Positions 1 to 11,100 of a stretch of 57,013 nt of DNA are shown piece by piece. The translations under genes and the position numbers were made by a program. This DNA is from a virus (Duplodnaviria; Caudoviricetes), in IMG/VR virus record IMGVR_UViG_3300033148_007689, positions 1-57,013 of that record. One strand, written 5' to 3'. Each line of letters opens with the position of its first letter. The stretch's first letter is position 1. The notes under the pieces are model-generated. The model did no database searches. It worked only from the letters and a program-made list of their open reading frames with translations, and was not told where the DNA came from.

Positions 1-98
1 ACGAGTGCCCTGCATCCTATAAATAGGATGAAGATATAGTCCGAGCTATATAGTAATATATAGAAATAGAATTTAAATGATTCTGTGATAACAAACTG
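1..98 (+). ncRNA. 3' part of a group I intron (truncated by window start)
   Basis: Colinear with and highly similar to 403-500; S element AAGATATAGTCC, P9-type hairpins, terminal G at 98. Confidence 0.85.
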
Positions 99-143
99 TT
101 TGAAAGAACCACAATAGGCAGCCCGTTTACAGGTGCAGCATAA
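99..143 (+). CDS. 3' exon (FERTTIGSPFTGAA*) of an upstream intron-split virion gene
   Basis: Open frame starts right after the intron terminal G and ends at TAA 141-143; position before the tail tube gene suggests a tail completion/terminator gene (inference). Confidence 0.6.
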   Translation, partial: FERTTIGSPFTGAA

Positions 144-156
144 ATATAACATATAA

Positions 157-187
157 ATTGAGGTGTATATTAAAAATACACCTCAAT
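157..187 (+). terminator. Intergenic 12-bp hairpin
   Basis: ATTGAGGTGTAT / ATACACCTCAAT perfect inverted repeat; no clear U-tract. Confidence 0.4.
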
Positions 188-220
188 ATTAAAACAAATA
201 AAAAGGAAGGTGAAAAATAA

Positions 221-1076
221 ATGTCGACAATAAGCGATCAATAGGGTCGCCTTATCTTGAAAGAGATATTGAAAAACGGGGTGAATTGCTGGGATCTCCC
301 CCACAAGGGGACAATCAGCAGCCAAGCTTGGAAAGTAATTTCCTTGAAGGTTCAGAGACTAACGTCCGACTCCTACCGCATAGCGGGGAGAGTAATGACG
401 ACACGAGTGCCCTGCATCCTATAAATAGGATGATGATATAGTCCAAGCTTATAGGTAACTATAAGAAACAAAGTTTAAATGACTTTGTGATAATAAACTG
501 TCAAATTATACTATAGGCGGAATCGACCTATATTTCTCTGCTACTGTAGCTGATACTGATTTAGATAAAGGGACTACTACTGGTGCAGGAAGCGACTTCA
601 GAACTACTACAAAGAATTTGGGTAATATTGTTACAGCAGAACTTGCTCCTGATGTAACATTCCTAGAGCATTTTATTACTACAGCTGATGGAGATAGAAG
701 GAAAGATCATATAATTGCCTCTACAAAGAATTTAACTATACCATTCACGTTTGATGAAATGAATGAGGCTAATTTAAGACGGTTTTTCTTAGGACACAAT
801 ACCACTGCTTCTGTAGCCAACTCATTTACAGTTTTAGAAAATGCAAAACAAATTGGTAGTGCACAGGTATATTTTCATACAGATATAGGCAGGGATTTTG
901 TGTATATGATTCCTAAAGTTATGCTTCGTCCAGACGGAAATCTTGCAATGAATATTGAAGATTTTTGGAGTGGTCCTATGGCTCTTGATGTTCTATATTA
1001 TGACTGGACTCCAACTAACGAAGCAAGTCCTATATTAAGTGCTCACTATGGAGTGATGATGACAGCAGCATTCTAA
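221..1076 (+). CDS. Major tail tube protein, spliced (exons 221-238 + 501-1076, 197 aa)
   Basis: SD AAGGAAGGTG before ATG 221; splicing gives MSTISD-SNYTIGGIDLYF..NLGN, a typical tail-tube N-terminus, in frame with ORF 618-1076; lies before chaperones and TMP. Confidence 0.8.
239..500 (+). ncRNA. Group I intron (262 nt, no homing endonuclease ORF)
   Basis: P1 GCGAT/GTCGC with U.G at the 5' splice site; P AATTGCTGGGA, Q AATCAGCAGCC, R CAGAGACTA, S GATATAGTCC; terminal G at 500; removal restores the reading frame. Confidence 0.9.
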
Positions 1077-1085
1077 CAGATTCTA

Positions 1086-1118
1086 TGTGGTTGGAGCAAC
1101 AATACTGCTCCAACCGCA
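1086..1118 (+). terminator. Strong hairpin after tail tube gene (attenuator or mRNA stabiliser)
   Basis: TGTGGTTGGAGCA / TGCTCCAACCGCA 13-bp stem. Confidence 0.55.
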
Positions 1119-1130
1119 CAATAAACAGAG

Positions 1131-1367
1131 GTGAATATGATTATGAAAAGTGTAATTTGTGATGTATGTGGAGGGGATGCAGGAATATCAGAAGACGTAA
1201 GCACCTGGCAATGTAGTTATTGCGGAGCCATCCACGTAGTAGAAAAACCCTTGAAGAAGAAACCTAAGTTGGAGGACGAAAATGTCGGAAGACAAAATAT
1301 CTCAAGAAGTACCCCAGGTCGAAAACCAGAAGAAACCCCAGACTGGGGATACAAAAAAGAAGAGTGA
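1131..1367 (+). CDS. Small Zn-ribbon protein
   Basis: CDVC..CSYC motifs; 3' end overlaps the chaperone gene by 86 nt. Confidence 0.4.
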   Translation: MNMIMKSVICDVCGGDAGISEDVSTWQCSYCGAIHVVEKPLKKKPKLEDENVGRQNISRSTPGRKPEETPDWGYKKEE

Positions 1368-1719
1368 GGAGCAAATACTGTTCCCAGAAGCTAAGGTTGG
1401 TGATATAACAATCAAGCCTTGGTCTTTTGGAAAGTTGTTTGATCTATCTGTCTTACTGGAGCGTGTGCTTGATAAGGTAGAGGAGAAGAAAATAGACTTC
1501 AACTTTGAGAGTAATATAATCCCCTATTCTACCATAGCAAGATTGTTTACTATTGCTAGCCCAGAAGTTCTTAAGATAATCTCTATTACACTAAATAAGA
1601 GTGAAGAAGAGGTTAAAGAGTTGGGTATGGTAGAGGGTATAAGAATAGCAATGGTAATCTATCAACAGAACTCCGAGATCATAAAAAACGGGCTCAGTCC
1701 TCTTCTGAACCTAGCATAG
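1282..1719 (+). CDS. Tail assembly chaperone (gpG-like)
   Basis: Between tail tube and TMP; slippery heptamer near the 3' end. Confidence 0.75.
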   Translation: MSEDKISQEVPQVENQKKPQTGDTKKKSEEQILFPEAKVGDITIKPWSFGKLFDLSVLLERVLDKVEEKKIDFNFESNIIPYSTIARLFTIASPEVLKIISITLNKSEEEVKELGMVEGIRIAMVIYQQNSEIIKNGLSPLLNLA

Positions 1720-2120
1720 ATGAGAAGAGGACGAAGAAGCAGAAGAAGTTAACCCTCAGTGAGATATTCCAGACCTTAGTTGACCACAATCACTCTATTG
1801 ATGATATAATCCACACTTATACTGTAGACCAAGTCTATCTGTTTTACGAGCAATGCAAAAAGAGGGAGATGGACTCAGATAAAATGAATGCGATCATCCT
1901 AGCAAACGCATTGGTCTATACTTCTCCAAGTAGTGACAAAAATGCTATGAGATCAAAACAGCAGACATGGAATAACTTTCTAAAAATATTAGACTGGGAC
2001 AGCAAAACAAAAACTGAAAAGAAAAACAAGATGACAAATCCAGTTGTTTCTTTGCAGAGGTTGGGTATACCTGTAATGGGGGAGCTGCCTAAAAAAGAGA
2101 AAGATGTTAATAAGGAGTAA
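1683..2120 (+). CDS. -1 frameshift extension of tail chaperone (gpT-like; includes ORF 1869-2120)
   Basis: A-AAA-AAC at 1683-1689; the -1 frame is open from there to 2120. Confidence 0.8.
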   Translation, partial: KKRAQSSSEPSIDEKRTKKQKKLTLSEIFQTLVDHNHSIDDIIHTYTVDQVYLFYEQCKKREMDSDKMNAIILANALVYTSPSSDKNAMRSKQQTWNNFLKILDWDSKTKTEKKNKMTNPVVSLQRLGIPVMGELPKKEKDVNKE

Positions 2121-2376
2121 AGTCGTGGCAGAAGATACTTTTAAAGATGGACTAGAAATAAAATTATCTATAATAGATAAAAATGGAAAAGGTTTTTATT
2201 GTGGTAGACGATTTGCTTTTCAATCGGATGAACTTCCAATGTCTAACGAAATGAGAGAAAAACTCATAAAAGAAATGATAATACAAGCTGCTCAAGGAAT
2301 AATTCAAAGTAAAGATAAAATAATGGATAGTGTGAGAAAAGAAGGATTAACATTTTATAAGGAGATGAACAAGTAA
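2104..2376 (+). CDS. Hypothetical protein, paralog of 33019-33372
   Basis: Shares FQSDExPMS..AAQGI..KIMDSVRxEGLT. Confidence 0.7.
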   Translation: MLIRSKVVAEDTFKDGLEIKLSIIDKNGKGFYCGRRFAFQSDELPMSNEMREKLIKEMIIQAAQGIIQSKDKIMDSVRKEGLTFYKEMNK

Positions 2377-2378
2377 AT

Positions 2379-5300
2379 ATGGCTGTTTCAATTGGTGGAA
2401 TTCAGATCGGAGTTGGCGTAGATGTCTCTCACTTGCTAGATGGATTTAATGCTGCAAAAGCCAACATAGAAACCTTCAGAAAAGATATAGCTAAAATCAG
2501 AGTTGAAGGATTAGTAAAGGGAGATCCCTTTTCTGCTACTAGAAAACATCTCAGCAAAACGAGAGAGGCAATAAACGATGTGTTTAAATCCTGGGCTACA
2601 GCTATGAAAGATACCACCAAAGACATCAATAAGTTTGCTGCATTATCCAAAAAGTCAACAGAAAAGATAATGAAAGATTGGGCCAAATTAGGTGGTAAGA
2701 GAAAAATAGAGTTAGCATCTGAACTTACGACCTTTGCAAATCTAAAAGAAAAATTTGGGTTTGGAGAAGTAGCAGGTAGAGCACCAAAAGGTGGACGAGC
2801 TATGTGGCAATGGTTCTCTTCTGCAGATATAAGTGAACTAAACAAATATATACAAAAATGGAAGAGAGCTACTCCAGAAGTTGCAAAAGCTTTACAAGAC
2901 TTTAGTAACAGGTTTACTAGTGGTATAAAGACATCAAAAAAGAATGCAGAAGCAGAGTTTAAGAAATTATACAATACGTTAAAGGGTGCAAGACAAAGGG
3001 TAGTAAACGAATATAAAGGGTTCGGTGAAGATCTTAGAAAGGCCCAGCTAAGACAAACTAGAATTGAATGGGCAGCCAAGGGTGCAGAAGCTAGAAGCCC
3101 TGAAGCTCTTATGAAAAGAAGAAGAGAAGCACTACTTAAACTAACTGTAGCATATAGAAGATATTATCTAGAGCGTGAAAAAGGATATAATGTAGAAGCT
3201 ATGAATGAAGCTATAGGTAAAAACCTTTTAGCTAGACAACGGTGGGGAGCAAAGCTAACTAAGGAGCAGACTAAAGAACTAAAGAGATATAATAAAGAAC
3301 TAGCAAAACAAAAAGCAGGAGAATATCTATTTTCAAAACAGTGGATGCTAAATCGTGCTAGATGGTTTGTACAGTTACGTTTGTTCTGGAGTATATATAG
3401 AAATACAATAGAGGCAATAAAAGACTTAGTAGATTATCAGTATCAACTAGCTAGAGCCATGAGAACTGCACAATCAGAAACGATGACAACAACTAGGGTT
3501 ACTGAGGCATATGCCGATGCAATGAAATCAGCAGTCGTAATACACGGAGTAGGTTGGAAAGATGTTGGAGAAGCTTTATATCAATTAGGATCTGCTGGAT
3601 TAACTGCAGAAGAAAGTTTAGCTGCTTTAGATTCAACTATGTCATTAATAGTTGGTACAGAAGGCGATGTTAGAGATGTTACAAAAGCAGTAGCTGGAAT
3701 CTATAATAATTTTGCGGATACTATTACTCACGTCAATACTATACAAGAGAAATTTCAGTATATTAATAATGTTATAGCTGCAACATGGAAGTCCCACCAA
3801 GTTGAAATTGAGGAATTAACTATGGGTTACAAAAGAGCTTCTATGATGGCAGATAAAGTAGGAGTAAACTTTCTTGAATTAACTTCTATGCTTGGAGTAC
3901 TGAATGATCATATGATAAAAGGGGGGCGTGCAGGTAGGTCATTAGTTAGTGTATGGTCAAGGATGTCTAGAGGAATACATGAGTTCTCAAGAGAATTTAA
4001 TATAGCAATTGATCCAAATAAACCTCTAGATTTTATGGATATAATGACTAGATTAAGTGCTAAATTAAGCAAAGGCAAAACTTCTGTATTTGAAGTTGCT
4101 GCTGCTTTTGAAAGGCTAGGACTACGTGGTGCTCCTACATTCATAACTCTTATAAAAAATTGGGATGAAGTTAGTGAAGCTATGGCAGATATTAGTAGAG
4201 ATTCTGATGCTCTTGCAAAAAATGAAGAAACATTACTTGATACAATAAGTGGAAGATGGAAACAGTTTCTAGGAGGGTTAAGAGTATACGTAACTGAAGC
4301 AGAAGGTATTATAAGTTACCTCAAAGACGTTCTAAAAGAAGGAGCAGATTGGTTTGAGTCAAAACATATGCAGAGAGTTGAGCAGAGACTAATAGGGTTA
4401 GCTAAGACTAGACCTTTGGGTGCAGTTAATATTGCAACTGGTAAACCTAATCAGTTTTTGAGAGACGAGATAAGACTTTTATCAGTAAGAGAAAAAATAG
4501 CCTTAAAGGAAGATGCTATATTATACTCAAGAGAAGGAGGCTGGGGCTGGACTAAGAAAGAAATAGAATACTGGAAAGCAATATTAGAGATACTTGATGA
4601 TATAGAAATTGCAACTAAAAAGAAAAAAAAGGAGGAAGCAACTACTTTAAAAATAACCGAAACTTTGGCAGAAAAAAAAGTCAGAATGGCAGATACTAAT
4701 TTAGCTATTGAAGAAAGGATACTTATAGCAGAGGAATTACTTGCTAAAGCAACTCAAAAAGTTGAAGACAGAGAAGCCGACCTAAATAGAGAGAGAGCAA
4801 AAGCTATACCAATTTATGCAAATATTGTTGGTAATGCCAAATTGTTAGAAGAAGCAATGAAAGAGCGAATTGCTCTTGAAAGAACACTGGCTAGATTACG
4901 TAAAGAGTGGTCAGGCCCAGCAACAAAACAAACTATTGAAAGTCTCCAAATGCAGAAAGAAGATCTTGATTATGAGAACAAGCAACTTCAAGCAGAAAGT
5001 GATAGATATGCTTTAAAAGGAGTCACCAGTGATGAAGAAGAAAAGATGCTCGCTATAAGTAAGAGACAATATGAGATAGCAGTTAAACAATTAGAATTAG
5101 AACTAAGAATAAGTAGGATTAAAGGAGAAGGAGTATTAGAAACTGGGAAAAAAGCCCTTAGAGGGGTAGAGGAAGCAAGGGCAGCAAAGTTACTTAGGGA
5201 TGAGAAGATACATAATCAAGCTATTGCAGAATTAAAGAGACAACAAACTATTGAGACCAATAAACTACTTATAGCTAAAGATAAAGAGATTTCTTTGGCT

Positions 5301-6314
5301 AAAATAGGAAATGCTGAAGCAATTGAAATTTTAAAGTTAGAAAAAGATAGACTAGACATAAGACTAAAAGATCTTGACATTGTAGAAGAGCTTGTAAAAA
5401 AAGATGCTGATGCTGTTGATAGAATACATAATAAAAGAAGACGAATAGAAATAGAAATCACAGAAAACCTTGAAAAACAAAGACGAGCTATGCATCCCCT
5501 TTATGATGCATACAAAAAAATAGAAGCTTCAGTTAAATCAGTTAACGAATTCATCTCTGATATAACTGTCCAGACAGCACGAGGCATAGCTGGAGGTCTA
5601 ACAGATATAGTATATGATCTAACTGGTGGCTTTCAAGAACAACAGCAAGAAGCTGAAAATCTTAAAGGTAGGCTCGCAGAATTAAATAAAGAGTATAATA
5701 ATCTTTTTGAAGAAGATGAGGGAAGAGCAAAAGAGATCACAGAGGAAATGGCTAGATTAAGAAAAGAAATTGATGATCTAGAAGACCCAATCCATAATCT
5801 TAAAGAGGCATTCAAGGACTTTTTTAAAGATTTAATTGATCAAATCCGTAAAGCAATTATACAGTGGATAGCTCTAAGAGCTGTACAAGCAGGTATGAGC
5901 TGGGCTGGATTTAATATAGGTGGTAATGCAGGTGGAGTTTCCCCAGGAGATTTGGGGTATGCAAACTGGGGAGGTTGGACTCTTCCAAAGAAAACTGGAG
6001 GAATACTCCCCGAGATAAAAGCTTTCAAGCAATTCTCTAGTGGGGGTATAACTTCTAGACCAACATTGTTAGCATTAGCTGGGGATAACAAATCTGGCAG
6101 AGAACTAATAATCCCTGAAGAGAATATTAAGTCTGATGAAGTATCAGGCTATGTTAGAGAAGGTGGAGGAGATATTTATATAGGTAATTTTATAACGGAA
6201 GGGGATTTATTAGCTGCCACTGCAGGAGCTAATGGAAAAAGAGTAGTTATAAATCATGTTTTGGAGGATATTGATAATCAAGGCCCTGTGTGGCAAAGGA
6301 TAGGGGGCAGATGA
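2379..6314 (+). CDS. Tail tape measure protein (1311 aa)
   Basis: Long helical, Ala/Lys/Glu-rich; TP901-type core (LGSAGL..GGRAGRSL); FSSGG C-terminal motif; synteny. Confidence 0.9.
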   Translation: MAVSIGGIQIGVGVDVSHLLDGFNAAKANIETFRKDIAKIRVEGLVKGDPFSATRKHLSKTREAINDVFKSWATAMKDTTKDINKFAALSKKSTEKIMKDWAKLGGKRKIELASELTTFANLKEKFGFGEVAGRAPKGGRAMWQWFSSADISELNKYIQKWKRATPEVAKALQDFSNRFTSGIKTSKKNAEAEFKKLYNTLKGARQRVVNEYKGFGEDLRKAQLRQTRIEWAAKGAEARSPEALMKRRREALLKLTVAYRRYYLEREKGYNVEAMNEAIGKNLLARQRWGAKLTKEQTKELKRYNKELAKQKAGEYLFSKQWMLNRARWFVQLRLFWSIYRNTIEAIKDLVDYQYQLARAMRTAQSETMTTTRVTEAYADAMKSAVVIHGVGWKDVGEALYQLGSAGLTAEESLAALDSTMSLIVGTEGDVRDVTKAVAGIYNNFADTITHVNTIQEKFQYINNVIAATWKSHQVEIEELTMGYKRASMMADKVGVNFLELTSMLGVLNDHMIKGGRAGRSLVSVWSRMSRGIHEFSREFNIAIDPNKPLDFMDIMTRLSAKLSKGKTSVFEVAAAFERLGLRGAPTFITLIKNWDEVSEAMADISRDSDALAKNEETLLDTISGRWKQFLGGLRVYVTEAEGIISYLKDVLKEGADWFESKHMQRVEQRLIGLAKTRPLGAVNIATGKPNQFLRDEIRLLSVREKIALKEDAILYSREGGWGWTKKEIEYWKAILEILDDIEIATKKKKKEEATTLKITETLAEKKVRMADTNLAIEERILIAEELLAKATQKVEDREADLNRERAKAIPIYANIVGNAKLLEEAMKERIALERTLARLRKEWSGPATKQTIESLQMQKEDLDYENKQLQAESDRYALKGVTSDEEEKMLAISKRQYEIAVKQLELELRISRIKGEGVLETGKKALRGVEEARAAKLLRDEKIHNQAIAELKRQQTIETNKLLIAKDKEISLAKIGNAEAIEILKLEKDRLDIRLKDLDIVEELVKKDADAVDRIHNKRRRIEIEITENLEKQRRAMHPLYDAYKKIEASVKSVNEFISDITVQTARGIAGGLTDIVYDLTGGFQEQQQEAENLKGRLAELNKEYNNLFEEDEGRAKEITEEMARLRKEIDDLEDPIHNLKEAFKDFFKDLIDQIRKAIIQWIALRAVQAGMSWAGFNIGGNAGGVSPGDLGYANWGGWTLPKKTGGILPEIKAFKQFSSGGITSRPTLLALAGDNKSGRELIIPEENIKSDEVSGYVREGGGDIYIGNFITEGDLLAATAGANGKRVVINHVLEDIDNQGPVWQRIGGR

Positions 6315-6985
6315 TGCGTGTATTTCCTATGGGATTAATCAACGGGACAGATTCAACGGCAACTTTAGATACCACAGGTCTCTCATACTCATTTTTTGAA
6401 CCAAACCAAGGATGTAAAAGTGCCCCTATTTATCCAACACTTAAGACCACATATGAGAACCAAATAATATCAACTAGAAGAAAAGCTCTGCCCTACCTTA
6501 CAATTAATTACAAATATAAGGACATTTGGGATAGAGAGAAGCAAGAAATCGACCACTTTATTAACAAAGTTGGAGGGGAATTAAATTCCTTCTATGTTGC
6601 TGATATATCTTCTATGGAAACTCCCTCAGATGTTGTGGATAATGGTAGCACATGGACAATAAGTATTGGAAGAACAAGAATTTATAGCTCTGTAGCTAAT
6701 CAGCGTTCTAATTATGGGATGCTTTGGGATGGTAGTAAATTCAAAATTGGGAGTATATCCAGTGTATCTGCTGGGGTTTCAATAACAATCACTGAGACTT
6801 ATGGAGATTTAACAGCCGCTGATGCAAAAACCAGTGGAGTACTTTATCCTCTATACCGATGTTATTTTAACTCAGTTCCAGATTTTACACCAACAGTTTT
6901 TATAGACGGTAATGTAGCCACATCTACAGATGCAGGGTATATGTGGTCAGGGGAAGCAAATTTTATATCAAAATATAAGATTTAA
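6290..6985 (+). CDS. Distal/minor tail protein (start possibly 6311)
   Basis: Directly after TMP; beta-rich. Confidence 0.6.
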   Translation: MAKDRGQMMRVFPMGLINGTDSTATLDTTGLSYSFFEPNQGCKSAPIYPTLKTTYENQIISTRRKALPYLTINYKYKDIWDREKQEIDHFINKVGGELNSFYVADISSMETPSDVVDNGSTWTISIGRTRIYSSVANQRSNYGMLWDGSKFKIGSISSVSAGVSITITETYGDLTAADAKTSGVLYPLYRCYFNSVPDFTPTVFIDGNVATSTDAGYMWSGEANFISKYKI

Positions 6986-6996
6986 GGAAGTTAGCA

Positions 6997-7698
6997 ATGG
7001 CATATGATGTAACAGCCACATTCCAGGCGGAACAAGTAAAGCTTGAAAATACCTTCGTAATTAATATGTACGTCATTAATGCTAGTCAGAGTGGTCATGA
7101 TTTTTTATATTATTGGAATGGCAACCAAGATATATATGGTTTCCAACTCAACTCTAATGGCAGTGTTACTGCAACAGAACAAGTATATATTGGACTCCCC
7201 ATTAGCCAAGATTCTCTAAAAACCAATATCTCTGGGGAGATCCCCCAACTGTCAATTTCTATACCTAATACTGATAGAACAGTTGAAGCTGTTATCCAAA
7301 ATAATGATTATCTGCGAGGTAGAGAAATACATGTTTTAACCTGCTTTGCTAAGCATCTTCCTTCTGGAGCTACAGCTAAGCATATAGGGAGTTCACCAGA
7401 TCACAATGCTGTTTTAAAAGAAAAGATGTACATTGACTCTACCACGAGCAATGAACAAGCTGTTACTTTTATATGTAAACCTAAATTTAATATAAAGAAT
7501 ATTATAGTTCCGGGTAGAAAATTTAGTAGAGAATGTGCGTGGAATTATTTGGGAACGGAATGTGATCCTGACGGTAATATTAATGCTGAAGCATTCCCCA
7601 CATGTGATGGTACACTGAAACAATGCAGGGAAAGAGGAAATACCTACAGATTTGGGGGGTGGCCTTCTATCCCCCAAAAAGCAATTATAGTCGCATGA
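6997..7698 (+). CDS. Minor tail protein, lambda gpL-like
   Basis: C-terminal C-x-W-x-Y..C..C..C..RFGGWP Fe-S-type motif. Confidence 0.8.
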   Translation: MAYDVTATFQAEQVKLENTFVINMYVINASQSGHDFLYYWNGNQDIYGFQLNSNGSVTATEQVYIGLPISQDSLKTNISGEIPQLSISIPNTDRTVEAVIQNNDYLRGREIHVLTCFAKHLPSGATAKHIGSSPDHNAVLKEKMYIDSTTSNEQAVTFICKPKFNIKNIIVPGRKFSRECAWNYLGTECDPDGNINAEAFPTCDGTLKQCRERGNTYRFGGWPSIPQKAIIVA

Positions 7699-7761
7699 TA
7701 ATTAAAAAAGGTATAGAATTGTGAAATGGACAAAAGAAGAAGCTAATGCGGGGGGAACATA

Positions 7762-8181
7762 ATGGCCCAATTTGACCGCTATATAGGTATACCCTACCAA
7801 AATCTTGGCAGATCCTTCTCTGGAGTCGACTGTTTCGGTCTTTTTTTTTTAGTGTATAAAAATGAACTTGGAATTACACTTCCTGATTTCACTGAACTCC
7901 AATACCCCCAAGATTGGTACAAAAATAGTGGAAACTATATCTTAGATAATATATGGGGAGATTGGGTAGAAGTAAATCCTCCTTATCAAATATTTGATGC
8001 TCTATTATTTTATAACTCCTCACGAAGAGTAGTTGTCAACCATATAGGGGTATACATAAATGATGATAAATTTCTCCATATAATGGAAGGTACTACTTCA
8101 CAGATAAGTCGGTTAACAGGTTATTGGGAAAGCAAACTATATAAAGGACTAAGATTAAAGGATGCCCAAAGTAACATTTAA
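7762..8181 (+). CDS. NlpC/P60 tail-associated peptidase (gpK-like)
   Basis: YIGIPY, GVDCFGL, HIGVY, FLH motifs. Confidence 0.9.
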   Translation: MAQFDRYIGIPYQNLGRSFSGVDCFGLFFLVYKNELGITLPDFTELQYPQDWYKNSGNYILDNIWGDWVEVNPPYQIFDALLFYNSSRRVVVNHIGVYINDDKFLHIMEGTTSQISRLTGYWESKLYKGLRLKDAQSNI

Positions 8182-11100
8182 AAATTTACTTGATGATAAA
8201 TCTAAATTCAGAGAAATCAGTAAGAGAAATCTCCTCTCTGCAGTCTATGAATATGCCAGAACTAGCTCAGACTCTGAGATTTACCATACCATTCTTAATC
8301 AAAAGATCACTATATCAGTAAATAATAAAGTCATCCACCCAGACAACTGGCATATGTTTGAGTTAAAGAAAAAAGATAAAGTCATTATAACCCCTACTTT
8401 AGAAGGAGGAACTAGCGGGGGTTGGCTCCAGATAGGGATAGGGGCAGCTTTAATGACTCTTGCTGTAGCAAATCCTGCTTGGTTGCCTTTTGCTGCCAAA
8501 TACGTATTTGCAACAGGTGCAGCATTGGCTCTTGGTGGTGTATCTCAATTATTATTTACACCAGATCTCCCATCTATGCCTTCAATAAGCGGAGATAAAC
8601 AGACCCAGACATATAATTGGTCCGGTGTAAAGACCGTAGCAAAAGCTGACTCCCCTATACCTATAGTATATGGAACACATCCGGTAGGAGGAAACATAGT
8701 ATCTATATTCACCGAGAGTTATGGAGAAGATAGCTATTTATGTATGCTATTAGCTCTTTGTGAAGGAGAAATTGATGGTATATGCCAAGAGGCTGACCAT
8801 ACACAAGTATGTTCGACATCTAATCAAAGTCTAAGAGACACTACCTATAAAGACCCAGCAATAAAGATAGATGACCAACCACTTAGAGTATATAATGATG
8901 TAGAATGGTGGTATAGGAAAGGTACTAACACTAGAACAGCAGAGAGTAATTATGATCCATATGACCCAACTGTTCAAAATAAAATACCACACTTTGATGG
9001 AGCAAGAATTCAATTTGATGATGGCAGAGAGTTAACCGTTGATGGAATTAAATATACAACTACCAAAGAAGTTGATATGGTTACTGTTAATGTTAGAGCT
9101 CCAGCATTATTTGACTCCTCTGGAGGAAATATTGTCTCAGCAACTGCTAGCTATAAAATAGAATTTTGGAATGATTCAGAAACAGAAGAAAATGCTCATG
9201 CCTATGCTATTAAAAAATGGTCTCCGTCTGTTAGTGGTACTAGAGATGGAGGTACAATGGCAGATGCCAGTAGCTATTGTATTTGTACCACATATAGAGA
9301 GGATGAATATAAATATGGAGATATTCAAGACCCAACATATACTGTTAAAATATTGAATAATAACTTTAGAAATTTTACAGAGGGAGAACGAAGAGTAGAA
9401 TATACAATAAATATAGAAATATATGATAGTTCAAGTAATTTAATAGAATCAAAATCTATAACCCAGTCTATGAGCAGAACAGCATATTATAAGAGCTCTA
9501 CAGAAGAGGAGGGGGGCTGTGGCCATTATGTATACGGAGAAACAACACACAGTTATACACAATTTCTAGTTAATGATTACTTGGTTAAACTTACACATAA
9601 TGTAGCTGCTAATGATATATTTACAATATCCTCAGTTCAATCTGGTGATACTGAAAGTTTACATCTTACAGGTAAAACAAAAACTGGAAAAGGAAATTCT
9701 ATAACAATTAACTTCTTAGACGAAGGCACTACTGGTGCAAATGGAAAAGATGTATATACAATTAAACTTTCTAGAACTGATGACGGTAAATCGTCCTCTA
9801 TGTTGAAAGAAAATAACTTGATTCTGAAATCAGTTGTAGAAGTAGTTCAGGGGGAGTTTATTTATCCTAATACTGCCCTATTAGGATTAAGAATAAAAGC
9901 TACTGGACAATTATCTGGTAGCCCGCCTAATGTAGTTACATTAGTAAGAGGAACCAAAATCCCTGTACCAGATTTAAGTGGTACTGATGAAGCTTTTGAT
10001 GATCATTTTTGGAGTGTTGATAATAATAGATGGGAATATGATGGGGAAGCAAGAACATGGGATGGTTCATCCTGGACTACAGAATATTCAAACAACGCCA
10101 TGTTGTGTGTTAGGGATTTAATGCTTAATACAAGATATGGTCTTGGAAGGTATATTAATAGTACCGATTTATATTCTACAGGAATTACCACCGCTATTAA
10201 AGAATGTCATAAAGAGTATGATCCAACAGAACCAGATCATTTAGATTGGTGGGATGAAGGTGGAGACACATTTGATAAAAATATTAGATCTCTTGGTACT
10301 TCATCTTCTGAAAATATAAGTATAGATAATAGCGCAAAGACAATAACTTTTAGTGGTGCATGGTTATATTCCTTCTATATTAAATTATCTGCTCCTTTAA
10401 TTATAGATAGAGAATATACATTTAGTATTACACTTAGTAGTCTATCCTCAAATTGCACTGTGGGTTTTAGAATAAGTCCTGACCAAATAACAAAACACTT
10501 CACCTATGTTGGAGCTTCCTCAAATAAAGGAGATGGGACTCATTCCTTTACTTGGACATGCACTCATAGTGAACTAAGCCTCTTAAAACTTACAGTAGAA
10601 AGATATGCAGGCTCATCAACTAATCTTTCAGGAGTAATTGAAGATATATCTATTACAGACACTAGTAACAAGCTACATTATCACACATGGAACGGTGTAT
10701 TAGAAAGTGGACAGTCTGCGCCCACAGCTCTAATAGAAATATGTGATTCATTCAGATGTTGGCCTGTATGGTACAATGGGCAATTTAACTTCGTTATTGA
10801 TACAGATGATACCCCAATCCATACTTTAACAACTAGTAATATGACAAGTTTCTCACAATCTTTTTCTCCTATTTCAGAGATACCTTATAAGTTAATAGGT
10901 CAGTATACCGATGAAGATACTAATTATGATATGAGATCACTTATAGCAAGATCAACTTCTACTACCCTCACTAAATTAAACGAAAGAACAGTAGGTTTAA
11001 AAGGTATAACCAATAGAAGGAAAGCTGAGAGAGAATTAGTATGGAAATTAAATAAAGTAACAAATTGCACACATATGATAAACTTCAAATGTGGTTTAGA

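Noticed and set aside
618-1076. Stand-alone 152-aa TTG-start ORF
   Set aside because: Better explained as part of exon 2 of the intron-split tail tube gene
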